The notes below the pieces were generated by a model, which had not been told where the DNA came from, made no database searches, and saw only the letters and a program-made list of their open reading frames with translations. Both the position numbers and the translations under genes were made by a program. A stretch of DNA of 32,701 nt from Acidimicrobiaceae bacterium (lineage in GTDB: Bacteria > Actinomycetota > Acidimicrobiia > Acidimicrobiales > Bog-793), in NCBI GenBank assembly GCA_025463965.1, contig JAODBN010000104.1:1-32701 (forward strand), written 5' to 3'. Shown here in pieces: positions 18,488 to 27,489 of the stretch; the first letter of the stretch is position 1, and each line of letters opens with the position of its first letter.

Positions 18488-18530
18488 CTGGACCTCCGAT
18501 AGAAGATGTTCCCGGTCGCCATGAGGTGAC

Positions 18531-19910
18531 CTAGCGAGGGGTAGCCATCAAGGCTTGGCCGGTCTTGCCGACGACTTCCCCGTCACGGAAGATGAACTCT
18601 CCCCGCAACATGGTGGAGTCGATGCGAACACTCGAGGTGCGGCCGTTGTAGGGAGTCCATCCGCACCGGGAGAGGACCTGGTCGTCGGTGATCACCCAGG
18701 GATCGTCGAAGGCGGCAAGCACCAGGTCCGCGTCACAACCCGGCTCGATCGCGCCCTTGACCCCGCCGAGGCCGAACTTCTGGGCCGGTCGGTATGCGGC
18801 GGCGTCCACGGCTCGATCGAGCGGGATCCGACCCGCAGCGACCGCGTCGAGCAGGAGCGGGTACAGGAATTGGATGCCGGGTGTTCCGGTGTGGGCGGAC
18901 CACATCTGGGTCCAGCCGATTTCCTTTTCTTCCCGGGTGTGGGGAGCGTGGTCCGATGAGTAGACGTCGATCGTGCCGTCGAGCAGCCCCTCCCACACCG
19001 CAGCGCGGTGATCGTCGGGCACCCAGTACGAGAGGGCATAGGGGCCGAGCTTCTCTACGTCGTCCCACGTCGACAGGAAAAGTGCCCAGTGGTTGACCTC
19101 GCAGGTCACGTCGACCCCGCGTGCCTTGGCCCTGCGAACGGCGTCAATGGAGCGCCTCGTCTGCATGTGCGCGATGTGAATCGGACAGTTCGAGGCCTCT
19201 GCGAGGCGCAGGATGACGTCGATTGCCGTGTCCCAGATCACACCGTCACGGGCGGCGTATGCCTGCGCGTACCCCTGTGGCGTGTTCTCGCCCCGCGCCA
19301 GGAACTTGCCCTCGATGTAGTCCATGAGGCTCTGGTCGTGCGGGTGGATGATGAAGCGCTTCCCGGTGGGTGCGATGAGATCCATCATCTCGAGCAGGTG
19401 ACCGTGGTCGTGCATCCCCGTCCCTGCGGGATGCGGGTAGGTCCTGCCCGTATCGACGACCATGTAGATCTTGAACGCACGAATGCCGGCGTCCGACATG
19501 GCTTGGATGTCGCCGAGCTGGGTGGGAGCCGGATTGTGGTTGTAGTCCACGATCGACTTCTCGCGGTAGAGGTCGAGGACCTCGGTCAAGGTCTCGAGGT
19601 TGGTGGTCGGAGGCTCCAGGTTCGGCATCCCGAAGATCGTCGTGACGCCACCCACGGCCGCTTGGATTCCGGTCGTGGTGATGTCCTCTTTGTGCGTGTA
19701 CCCGGGCTCACGCGTGTGAACGTGAACGTCCACCATGCCCGGCAGCACGGTGAGGCCCGACGCGTCGATCACCTCGGCATCGATGGAAGCTCCCGTCTCC
19801 GGCGTCACCAGGCCAGCGATGCGGCCGTCCGAGACGAGGACGTCCAGGTCGTGGACCCCGGTCGGGGTCACTACCCGTCCTCCGGTGATCCGCTTATCGA
19901 TAGCCATCAC
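18531..19910 (-). CDS. Cyclic amidohydrolase (dihydroorotase/allantoinase/hydantoinase family)
   Basis: PGMVDVHVHTREPG, GGVTT..MPN, FKIYM (Lys), HIAH, SSDHAPH, GCDADLV, WTPYNG. Start is GTG 19910 or ATG 19907. Confidence 0.9.
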   Translation of the reverse strand: MMAIDKRITGGRVVTPTGVHDLDVLVSDGRIAGLVTPETGASIDAEVIDASGLTVLPGMVDVHVHTREPGYTHKEDITTTGIQAAVGGVTTIFGMPNLEPPTTNLETLTEVLDLYREKSIVDYNHNPAPTQLGDIQAMSDAGIRAFKIYMVVDTGRTYPHPAGTGMHDHGHLLEMMDLIAPTGKRFIIHPHDQSLMDYIEGKFLARGENTPQGYAQAYAARDGVIWDTAIDVILRLAEASNCPIHIAHMQTRRSIDAVRRAKARGVDVTCEVNHWALFLSTWDDVEKLGPYALSYWVPDDHRAAVWEGLLDGTIDVYSSDHAPHTREEKEIGWTQMWSAHTGTPGIQFLYPLLLDAVAAGRIPLDRAVDAAAYRPAQKFGLGGVKGAIEPGCDADLVLAAFDDPWVITDDQVLSRCGWTPYNGRTSSVRIDSTMLRGEFIFRDGEVVGKTGQALMATPR

Positions 19911-20848
19911 GCATCTCCCAGCATCTTGAGGGTCTCGGTGTTCATGTCATTGCTCTGAATCCGGATGCCGCCGCCCTGGAGGTACCGGTCGAACCACTCG
20001 ACGATCCTCGGAGTGACGGAGTTCCAGTAGCGGTCGTACGCCGCGTAGTGGGACGTGTGGCGCTGGATCACGAGCTCGCGCGGCCCGAGCGCAGCCGCGT
20101 AGAGCGCCTCCGCGTGGTCCGTGGGAGTGGTCGCGTCGTTCTCCACCCCGATGATGAGCAGAGGGGTCCGCAGGCGACGGGCGGCATCGATGGGCCGGTA
20201 GTCGAGAATTTCGTCCGCGGCGCTCAGCGGGACGGCTGAAGGAATGCGGTCGTCGACGTCGGCCTTCATGTTCGTCGACCGCCGCTCCTGGGTCGGAACC
20301 ATGATCTCTTCGCGCGGGTGCACCAGGCGTCCCTTGCCCGTAACGACCCGTTCACGACGGTCGACGTCGAGAGCGCGGAGGAACGCGAGCCAATCGTCCT
20401 CAGAGCGCATCCGATGGAGCCAGTCGCGGCCATCGGCCACCGGCAGCTGGCTGACCACGGCGCGAATGCGAGGGTCCGCCGCAGCGAGAAGCACCGCATT
20501 GCCGCCGCCGGTCCCGCCAGAGCCGAAAGCCCCAATGGCGTCCGCGTCGACGTCCTCCCTGGTGGTCAGGTAGGAGACCGCATTCCGCAGGTCTTGCAGC
20601 TGGATTGCCGGCGAGAGGATCCGCTCACCCTCGGAGTCGCCGAAGCCTCGGTAGTCGAACACGAGCACTGCGAAGCCGGCGTCGGTCAATGCCTCGTGGT
20701 AGCGCACATAGAGCTTCGCGTCCTTCAGGCCGAGCCAACCCGGTCCTTGAACAACCGTCCGGAAGGGGCCGCTTCCCTCGTCGGGAGTCCGCCAAAGGGC
20801 GGAGACCTGACTGCCCTCGCTGTAGAACGACACTGCAGAAGATCGCAC
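19907..20848 (-). CDS. Alpha/beta hydrolase (S15/CocE-like) with atypical nucleophile elbow
   Basis: GFAVLVFDYRGFGDSEG, DLRNAVSYL, PLLIIGVENDATTP (Asp), TSHYAAY (His). Elbow reads GAFGSGGTGGG. GGAG RBS. Confidence 0.85.
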   Translation of the reverse strand: MRSSAVSFYSEGSQVSALWRTPDEGSGPFRTVVQGPGWLGLKDAKLYVRYHEALTDAGFAVLVFDYRGFGDSEGERILSPAIQLQDLRNAVSYLTTREDVDADAIGAFGSGGTGGGNAVLLAAADPRIRAVVSQLPVADGRDWLHRMRSEDDWLAFLRALDVDRRERVVTGKGRLVHPREEIMVPTQERRSTNMKADVDDRIPSAVPLSAADEILDYRPIDAARRLRTPLLIIGVENDATTPTDHAEALYAAALGPRELVIQRHTSHYAAYDRYWNSVTPRIVEWFDRYLQGGGIRIQSNDMNTETLKMLGDA

Positions 20849-20933
20849 CAGCGATCACTCCTCTCGGGTCAGCCATCCACCCGGCTTTCGGGGCGCCAAC
20901 GGCCGGCTGCCCTCGAACTCAAGACTGGGAGGC

Positions 20934-20962
20934 ATCATGTTGCCTGTATACGATCTTGTCAA
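20934..20962 (-). promoter_or_regulatory. Promoter TTGACA-17-CATGAT with GTATACA box, driving the 7-gene hydrolase-to-molybdoenzyme operon
   Basis: Minus strand reads TTGACA agatcGTATACAggcaa CATGAT. Confidence 0.72.
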
Positions 20963-21129
20963 GCTATCCCGTGCCCTGATCTGCTCTCGGCGACGACCAG
21001 CGCGCCAGGCGCGCGACGTTGATCGCCAAATTGGCGCGCCGCTTCAGCCAACGCCTCCCCGGTCGGGCGACAGCCCCTCCCCGAGGCTCCCGGTTTCCTG
21101 GGGCTTAGCGGGCGCGTTGGCGCAAAGGC

Positions 21130-22116
21130 TCAGCGCGTGAGGCCGGGCAGTACCTCTCTCCCGAACACCTCGATCCACTCTTGCTGGTTGCGCCCAACAT
21201 TGTGCAAGTAGACGCGGTCGATGCCGAGGTCCAAGAACTTCTGGATCTCCTTTTGGTGAAGATCGGGAGACGAGCTGATCAGCATTCGGCCCTCGAAGTC
21301 CTCGGGCCGCACGAGCTTGGCCATCTGCTCGAAGTCAAAGGGCGACCGAATGTCCTGCTTGGGGAACTTCATCCCACCGTTCGGCCACTCGGTCATCGCA
21401 TTCATGAGCGCCTCTTCGTCGGTCGGTGCCCACGAGAGGTGCAGCTGAAGGATCTTGGGCAGCGTTGCTGCGTCTCGCCCTGCCTCCTTGGCACCCTCGT
21501 CGAACTTGGCGAGGAGGCCCGCCACCTTCTCCGGGGCTGCGCCCGGGGTGATGATGCCATCGACTGACTTGCCGCAGCGCTTTGCTGTGATGGGACCGGC
21601 GGTCGCCACGTAGATCGGGGGCGGCGGCGCCGGGAGGGTCCACAGCCGGGTCGTCTCAAGGATGAAGGTGTCGCCCGAGTGCTTTACGTCCTTGCCCGTG
21701 AACAGCTTTTGAATGATCTCGATCGCTTCCCACATGCGACTGAGCCGCGCAGGAGCCTCGGGCCAGTACCCACCGACGATGTGCTCGTTGAGCGCCTCGC
21801 CCGAGCCCAGGCCGAGCCAGCTGCGACCTGGATACATGGCCTCGAGCGTCGCCGCCGCCTGAGCCACGATCGCCGGGTGGAAGCGGAACGACGGACAGGT
21901 CACACCCGGGCCCATGTCCCCGGTCGTCTGCTCACCAAGCGCGGTGAGCACGTTCCAGACGAACGCCGCGTGCCCCTGCTGAGGGACCCATGGCTGGAAG
22001 TGGTCAGCAGCCATCACTCCTTCGAAGCCGGCCTGTTCGGCCTGCGCCGACAATCGGACCACTTCGGTGGGGTGGAACTGCTCCAGCATCGCTGCGTAGC
22101 CGATATGTGGCTTCAT
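21130..22116 (-). CDS. F420-dependent LLM oxidoreductase (TIGR03557 / G6PDH-F420-like)
   Basis: IGYAAMLEQF, AADHFQPW, GVTCPSFRFHPAIVAQAAATL, LGLGSGEALNE motifs. Confidence 0.88.
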   Translation of the reverse strand: MKPHIGYAAMLEQFHPTEVVRLSAQAEQAGFEGVMAADHFQPWVPQQGHAAFVWNVLTALGEQTTGDMGPGVTCPSFRFHPAIVAQAAATLEAMYPGRSWLGLGSGEALNEHIVGGYWPEAPARLSRMWEAIEIIQKLFTGKDVKHSGDTFILETTRLWTLPAPPPPIYVATAGPITAKRCGKSVDGIITPGAAPEKVAGLLAKFDEGAKEAGRDAATLPKILQLHLSWAPTDEEALMNAMTEWPNGGMKFPKQDIRSPFDFEQMAKLVRPEDFEGRMLISSSPDLHQKEIQKFLDLGIDRVYLHNVGRNQQEWIEVFGREVLPGLTR

Positions 22117-22203
22117 GGCCGATCGCCCTTCTCTTTGCTCGTGGCGCGCGCCGCCCGTCCGGCGTGTGCCGGGAGCTGGCGGTTCCGCCAGTCTCGCCGC
22201 CGT

Positions 22204-22232
22204 ATCATGTATCCAATTGCCGGCTGGAGCAA
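22204..22232 (-). promoter_or_regulatory. Promoter TTGCTC-17-CATGAT overlapped by a TGGATACA box
   Basis: Minus strand reads TTGCTC cagccggcaattggata CATGAT. The 8-mer (TGTATCCA at + 22208-22215) is the same as in the cupin promoter. Confidence 0.5.
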
Positions 22233-22452
22233 CTGCTCCGGCCTCGTCCCGGGCAGGGCGTCGGCCTCCCCGAGAGACCACGGGGGTTCACCTCTTCGAC
22301 GCCACGAGCTCACAACCGCCTCGCCGCAGTCACTCGCCGGTCCGCCGCAATCGGGTGTCGGACCGAAGTGCGCCACGCGCCGCCCTTGTTGGAGCATTTC
22401 GACCACTGGGGTTACCGTAGCCAGTTCATTGCCCCGGGTGAACGGACGGTCG

Positions 22453-23160
22453 ATGCCAAGTACAGACGTGGAAGTAGACCTGCGAGAGCAATTGGCGACC
22501 TGCACCCGGATCCTCGTCTTCAAGAACATCCTGGACTTCAGCGGCCATCTCAGTGCTCGCATCCCCGGAACGGACCACATTCTCATTCAGCCCCGCGATG
22601 CGAGCCGGGCGGCGCTTGTTCCCGAGGAAATCCTCGTGGTGAACCTCGACGGCGAGGTCATCGATGGCAGCGGGCCACCCCCGGCGGAGACGGTTATTCA
22701 CACCGGCGTGTACGGCGCCCGGCCCGACGTCAACTTCGTCTGCCATGGGCATCCAACACTGTCCACCACCTTCTCGATGGTGGACCGACCGCTCGTCGCC
22801 GTGCGGCACTTCGCCTATCGGGCCCCCAAGGGCCTGCCGGTCCACCCCGACCCCACGCACATCCGCTCCCGGGAGCAAGGTCAAGCGGTCGCGAAGACGC
22901 TTGGTACCGGCGGGGCGTGCCTGCTGCGCTCGCACGGAACCGTTGTGGTCGCCCCGAACATTCAGGAGCTCCTCATGGACTGCCTCGACCTCGAGGAGAA
23001 CGCTCGCACCCTGCTGTACGCCACGCAGCTCGGCGAGGTGCTGCCGCTCGATGACGAGGAAGTACGTCTCATCGGTGAGAGCTACGGTCGCGCGGGCCAC
23101 CGCCCCAACAAGCTCTGGGAGCACTTCGTGCACGTCGGGCGAGCGGCCGGGATCCTTTAG
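22453..23160 (+). CDS. Class II aldolase/adducin-family metalloenzyme (possible decarboxylase)
   Basis: GHLSAR, ETVIH, VCHGHP and LLRSHG metal-binding His motifs. The upstream part of the tracked ORF is antisense to the LLM gene. Confidence 0.85.
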   Translation: MPSTDVEVDLREQLATCTRILVFKNILDFSGHLSARIPGTDHILIQPRDASRAALVPEEILVVNLDGEVIDGSGPPPAETVIHTGVYGARPDVNFVCHGHPTLSTTFSMVDRPLVAVRHFAYRAPKGLPVHPDPTHIRSREQGQAVAKTLGTGGACLLRSHGTVVVAPNIQELLMDCLDLEENARTLLYATQLGEVLPLDDEEVRLIGESYGRAGHRPNKLWEHFVHVGRAAGIL

Positions 23161-23234
23161 GAAGCCGGCAGGCCGCCATTTTCCCGAGCCCGCCCAGGTC
23201 GGGTGCAGTTAACACAGCAGACCCAATAGGGCTC

Positions 23235-23263
23235 TTGACTGTTCGGTATACGTACTACAAGAT
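23235..23263 (+). promoter_or_regulatory. Promoter TTGACT-17-CAAGAT with GTATAC box, driving the second ABC operon
   Basis: TTGACT gttcgGTATACgtacta CAAGAT; same layout as the 20934-20962 promoter. Confidence 0.62.
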
Positions 23264-23498
23264 ACTTCGAAAGGCGCTACTACCTGGGGGGGGAATGCGC
23301 GGCTCAGGCTGATTGGTCGCGCTCGCTCCCCAGTAAAGCGACGCGTCAAAACAAAGCCAAGCTGCCGGGCTCCTTGAGCGCTCCGGTCAATAAGCAATCG
23401 CAATCCCGAGCGTGAAAAGAGGGCGGCGCAGTGGATCTCACGATCGCAGGCTTGTCCCTCGACGGTGGCCGGGCCCGGAGCGAGAGATGGAGCCAACG

Positions 23499-24365
23499 AT
23501 GATCGCCGTTGACGACCTGGGAAACACCACCAACCCGCCAGAAGCCCCTGTCGTGGACCGTAAGGTCGCTCGCCCGTCGAGGCGAGCATGGAGGCGAGGC
23601 GCGAGCTTGGCGGCCGGACCGCTGTCCGTGGTCGTGTTCCTCGGTATCTGGCAGATCGCAGGAGGACGGATCAACCCGATCCTCTTGTCGCAGCCGACCG
23701 CGGTCGCTCAAGCGTTCGGCCACTTGGCCAGAACCGGAATCTTGTGGCCCGCGTTCGCGCGAGCCATGGAAGACCTTCTCGTTGGATACCTGTCGGCAGT
23801 CGTCATCGGCATTGGCACCGGCGTGCTCATGGGCCGGCACCGTGCAGTCGAGAGAGTGCTGAGCCCCTATGTCACCTTCTTCCAGGCCACACCACTGATC
23901 GCCCTTACCCCGCTGGTGGTCATCTGGTTCGGTCTCGGCTTCATGTCCGAGATCGCCATCACGTTCCTCCTGGCAGTGTGGACGATCATCATCAACACCT
24001 GTGAGGGCGTGAAGTCCACCCCCCCACTCCTGCTCGACATGGCCCGGATTTATCACGCCTCCGAGCGCAAGGTGGTCCGAAAGATCGCCATACCCAATGC
24101 GGTCCCCTACATCTTCGCCGGACTGAAGATCGCGGTCGCAAAGGCATTGATCGGCATGATCATCGCTGGCATGGACATCACCTTGAAAGGCCTCGGCGGC
24201 CTTGTCACCACTTACGGCAACGAATTTCAGACCGCTTCCCTGCTCGCCGCGGTGATCACCTCCTCGGTGGTGGGCGTCATTTTGACCCTTCTCATCAACG
24301 TCCTACGACGGGTGATCGCTCCGTGGAGCATCAATGTCGAGGTGAAGACGAAGGGCCGCTGGTAG
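23499..24365 (+). CDS. ABC transporter permease, NitT/TauT; paralog of 5497-6369
   Basis: GGAG RBS before ATG 23499. Shares RINPILLS, FFQATPLIAL, PNAVPYIFAGL and GLGGLVTxYGNxFQTA with the left copy. Confidence 0.93.
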   Translation: MIAVDDLGNTTNPPEAPVVDRKVARPSRRAWRRGASLAAGPLSVVVFLGIWQIAGGRINPILLSQPTAVAQAFGHLARTGILWPAFARAMEDLLVGYLSAVVIGIGTGVLMGRHRAVERVLSPYVTFFQATPLIALTPLVVIWFGLGFMSEIAITFLLAVWTIIINTCEGVKSTPPLLLDMARIYHASERKVVRKIAIPNAVPYIFAGLKIAVAKALIGMIIAGMDITLKGLGGLVTTYGNEFQTASLLAAVITSSVVGVILTLLINVLRRVIAPWSINVEVKTKGRW

Positions 24366-24459
24366 GCGAGCTCACCGGCGCCTGTCACACACAGCGGGCT
24401 GCGATCCGAGTGCGACCGCGGGATCCGAGATTCCAACAGGGAAGAAAGAACTTGGCTGA

Positions 24460-25290
24460 ATGTCGAATGCAATGAGCACCGACCGTGGACCCTTGCTCGA
24501 GGTCAGTCACGTCACAAAGCGGTTCCCACGCCCAGAAGGGCCTGGACTGCTCACGGTTCTCGAGGACATCAACCTCTCGCTCGCACCCGGAGAGTTCGTC
24601 AGCCTGATCGGGCCCTCTGGGTGCGGGAAGACGACGCTGATCCGCTTGATGAGCGGGCTCATGGGATGCGACGACGGCTGGATCGCCCTACGTAACGAGC
24701 GGTTCGAGTCCGTTCCGAAGGGAGTGGGCTTCGTGTTCCAAGAGCCCGCCCTTCTGCCCTGGTGCACGGTCTCCGAGAACATCGCGTTCGCCTTGACCGC
24801 ATCCGCCGACGCCGGCAAGCGACGGCCGGGGGTCGACGACCTCGTCAACAAGCAGCTCGAGCTGACGAGCTTGACCCCTTTCGCCAGTTACTACCCAACG
24901 CAGATCTCCGGTGGAATGCAACAGCGGGTCGGCCTGGCACGGGCTCTCGTCGGGAGCCCGGATGTGCTGTTCATGGACGAGCCTCTCTCGGCTCTCGACG
25001 CCTTCACCAGGACCGCCCTACAAGCGGACCTCGGTCGCATCATCGAGGCCGCGGCGACAACGACCGTGCTGGTCACTCACGACATCGACGAGGCGATCTT
25101 CATGTCGGACCGAGTGGTCGTCATGAAAGCGAACCCCGGTGAGATCGCCCAGATCGTGGACGTGCCGCTTGCCCGACCCCGCAGCCACGAGGCGCTGCTC
25201 GACGATGCGGACTACGTCGCCCTGCGCACCGAGCTCATGCGGATCCTGCTCAAGGTGTCGCCACACATCTTCAACAACTCAGGCAACTGA
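24460..25290 (+). CDS. ABC transporter ATP-binding protein, NitT/TauT
   Basis: GPSGCGKT, ISGGMQQR, LFMDEPLSALD, VTHDIDEA. Start is 24460 or 24472. Confidence 0.95.
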   Translation: MSNAMSTDRGPLLEVSHVTKRFPRPEGPGLLTVLEDINLSLAPGEFVSLIGPSGCGKTTLIRLMSGLMGCDDGWIALRNERFESVPKGVGFVFQEPALLPWCTVSENIAFALTASADAGKRRPGVDDLVNKQLELTSLTPFASYYPTQISGGMQQRVGLARALVGSPDVLFMDEPLSALDAFTRTALQADLGRIIEAAATTTVLVTHDIDEAIFMSDRVVVMKANPGEIAQIVDVPLARPRSHEALLDDADYVALRTELMRILLKVSPHIFNNSGN

Positions 25291-25394
25291 GTCTGAAAGC
25301 CTCCGGCGAAGGCCGGGGTAAGCGGCATCTCGTTCCCCCCGCTACGGGTCGGCGCGGATGCTCACCAGTGTCCATCCCAGACCGAAAGGAAGAC

Positions 25395-26486
25395 ATGGAG
25401 CGAATGACAGGACAATCAGGTCCACAGCTCTCAACCCGGCGGCGCCACGGCCGCTTCGGGACCCCGGCATTGGCGATGAGCGCCTTGGCCATCGCTGGAA
25501 CGGTCACCGTGGGGCTCGCTACGGGATCGGGCGCATCGCAGGCACACGCGACGAGCGCCGCGACGACCTCGTTCCCTCCCAACCTCAAGGGCAAGAGCAT
25601 CGTCTTTGCGGACGGTTCGCCGCCCCAGCAGAGCGATACCCAGCTCTACCTGATGACGAAGATCCTCAAGTCTTGGGGGGCAGACGCCCGGATCGTCAAC
25701 GAGACCGGTGACCCAGCTGCAGTGACCGTCGTGCTCTCGGGAGAGGCCAACGCGGCGTACATCAGCACCGGTGACGTGATCAACTCTCACCTGGTCACGT
25801 TCGGCCCCGCACAGCCCCGGCTCGACTACCAGTTCGTCACGACGTCCAGCATCCACAACATGTCGCAGTTGGCCGGAAAGACCTTCGGATGGTCCAACCC
25901 GCATGGGGTCGAGGCCGAGATGTACGGAGTGCTGCTGCGCAAGTTCCACGTGAACCCGAACAGCGTGACGACGGCGCTCGCAGGCTCCTCGAGCGTGCGG
26001 GAAGCGGCCCTGCTGGTGGGCAAGATCCAGGCCACCTTCGTGTCGACCGCGCAGTGGGACACCCTGAAGGCGCACGGGGGGTTCAGGGACATGGAGAACA
26101 TGGCCCAGGTCGCTCCCCAGGTCGCCGACTCCCTCATGGCCGCCTCCCCCGGGTGGCTCGCGAAGAACCACTCAAGCGCGGTGGCGATCGACGAGGCATG
26201 GCTCGAGGCAGCCAAGGAATTCAACACGCAGAAGTCGAAATGGATCGCCGGAGCTGACGTGTACGCGGCCGGATCCGCCACGAAGGCGGACGCGACTGCC
26301 CAGTACGACGTGTTCAAGCTGAACAACACCTTCCCCGCCACGTCGGACGCGTTCTCACCGGCCCACGCCCGGTTCAACGAGGTCGTCGCGCAGTCGGTCG
26401 GGGCGCTCGTAAGTGAGCCACCGCTTTCGAAGTGGTTCATCGACGGGGATTGGACCGACGCACTCAAGGCACTGAACATCAAGTAG
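25395..26486 (+). CDS. ABC substrate-binding protein, SsuA/THI5-like
   Basis: AAGGAAG RBS; signal peptide ending AHA; FPPNLKGKSI resembles VPPKLKGTDM of the left SBP; LAGKTFG and REAALLVGKIQAT motifs. Confidence 0.85.
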   Translation: MERMTGQSGPQLSTRRRHGRFGTPALAMSALAIAGTVTVGLATGSGASQAHATSAATTSFPPNLKGKSIVFADGSPPQQSDTQLYLMTKILKSWGADARIVNETGDPAAVTVVLSGEANAAYISTGDVINSHLVTFGPAQPRLDYQFVTTSSIHNMSQLAGKTFGWSNPHGVEAEMYGVLLRKFHVNPNSVTTALAGSSSVREAALLVGKIQATFVSTAQWDTLKAHGGFRDMENMAQVAPQVADSLMAASPGWLAKNHSSAVAIDEAWLEAAKEFNTQKSKWIAGADVYAAGSATKADATAQYDVFKLNNTFPATSDAFSPAHARFNEVVAQSVGALVSEPPLSKWFIDGDWTDALKALNIK

Positions 26487-26498
26487 GCAGCCGAGATC

Positions 26499-26543
26499 GC
26501 CGGCCGGGATACGAGACGCCGAGTCTCGTCGTGCCCGGCCGGC
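26499..26543 (+). terminator. Long GC-rich stem-loop after the SBP gene (terminator or mRNA stabiliser)
   Basis: GCCGGCCGGG..ACGAGAC-gccga-GTCTCGT..CCCGGCCGGC inverted repeat, 12 nt after the stop. Confidence 0.6.
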
Positions 26544-26570
26544 GGCTCCGGTCTACTTCCGACTAGGAGG

Positions 26571-27350
26571 GTGCGGCCCGTGGCCGATCGAGTAGCAGTG
26601 ATCACCGGGGCGTCGAGCGGAATCGGCGCCGCGACCGGACAGCTCTTGGCGGAGTCCGGCTATGAGGTGGTGCTCGGCGCCCGACGTGTGGAGCGGTTGG
26701 AGGCCCTCGCCGCTCAGATCGGACCGCGGGCGCGCTGCTATGAGCTCGACGTGTCCGATCCGGCGTCGGTGGAGCGCTTTTGCCTCAAGGTCCCGGCTTG
26801 TCAGCTATTGGTCAACAACGCCGGTGGCGCTCTCGGAGACGAGCCGATCTCGAGCGCGGATCTGGCATCGTGGCGGCAGATGTACGACACCAACGTGCTC
26901 GGGATCGTGCACATGACCAAGCAGCTTCTCCCGAAGCTTCTCGCCTCGGCTGACGGGCACATCGTGACGATCGGCTCAGTCGCAGGTTTCGACCCCTACC
27001 CCAACAGCGGTGGCTACGTAGCAGCGAAGCACGCGGCAAGAGCGGTCATGGACGTGCTCCGCCTCGAGCTCCTCGGCCAGCCGATCCGGGTCTCGGAGAT
27101 CGACCCGGGGATGGTGCACACCGAGTTCTCGTTGGTCCGCTTCGCCGGCGACGAGGAGCGCGCGACTGCCATGTACGCAGGAATGACACCCCTCAGCCCG
27201 CTCGACGTCGCAGAGTGTGTCGCCTTCGTCGCAAACCGCCCGAGCCACGTCGACATCGATCGGCTCGTGGTGCGTCCGCGCGACCAGGCTCGACCGACCC
27301 TCGTCCATCGGCGCCCGGCCGATGCCGATGTGAGTCTGGCCGATCGATAA
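26571..27350 (+). CDS. SDR-family NAD(P)-dependent oxidoreductase (YdfG-like)
   Basis: TGASSGIG, GARR, NNAG, GS, YVAAK (YxxxK), IDPGMVHTEFSLVRF. Start is 26571 or 26580. Confidence 0.92.
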   Translation: MRPVADRVAVITGASSGIGAATGQLLAESGYEVVLGARRVERLEALAAQIGPRARCYELDVSDPASVERFCLKVPACQLLVNNAGGALGDEPISSADLASWRQMYDTNVLGIVHMTKQLLPKLLASADGHIVTIGSVAGFDPYPNSGGYVAAKHAARAVMDVLRLELLGQPIRVSEIDPGMVHTEFSLVRFAGDEERATAMYAGMTPLSPLDVAECVAFVANRPSHVDIDRLVVRPRDQARPTLVHRRPADADVSLADR

Positions 27351-27489
27351 ACGCCGTTCGAGGCTGGGGGGTACCTAGGATGTCCATGCGACTGAAGCGT
27401 CAACCGGTGAGCGCGTCAGCGCGTGTGCGACAGAGGGGACTTCACCTGTCATCCAGCAGAGGGCACCACGATCGCCGGGCAGCACAGCG

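Noticed and set aside
18531-19910. pyrC or allB gene symbol
   Set aside because: Motifs deviate and the context is neither pyrimidine biosynthesis nor a recognisable allantoin operon.
21679-22452. 258-aa N-terminal extension of the class II aldolase
   Set aside because: It is antisense to the F420 LLM gene and crosses its promoter. The domain begins near ATG 22453.
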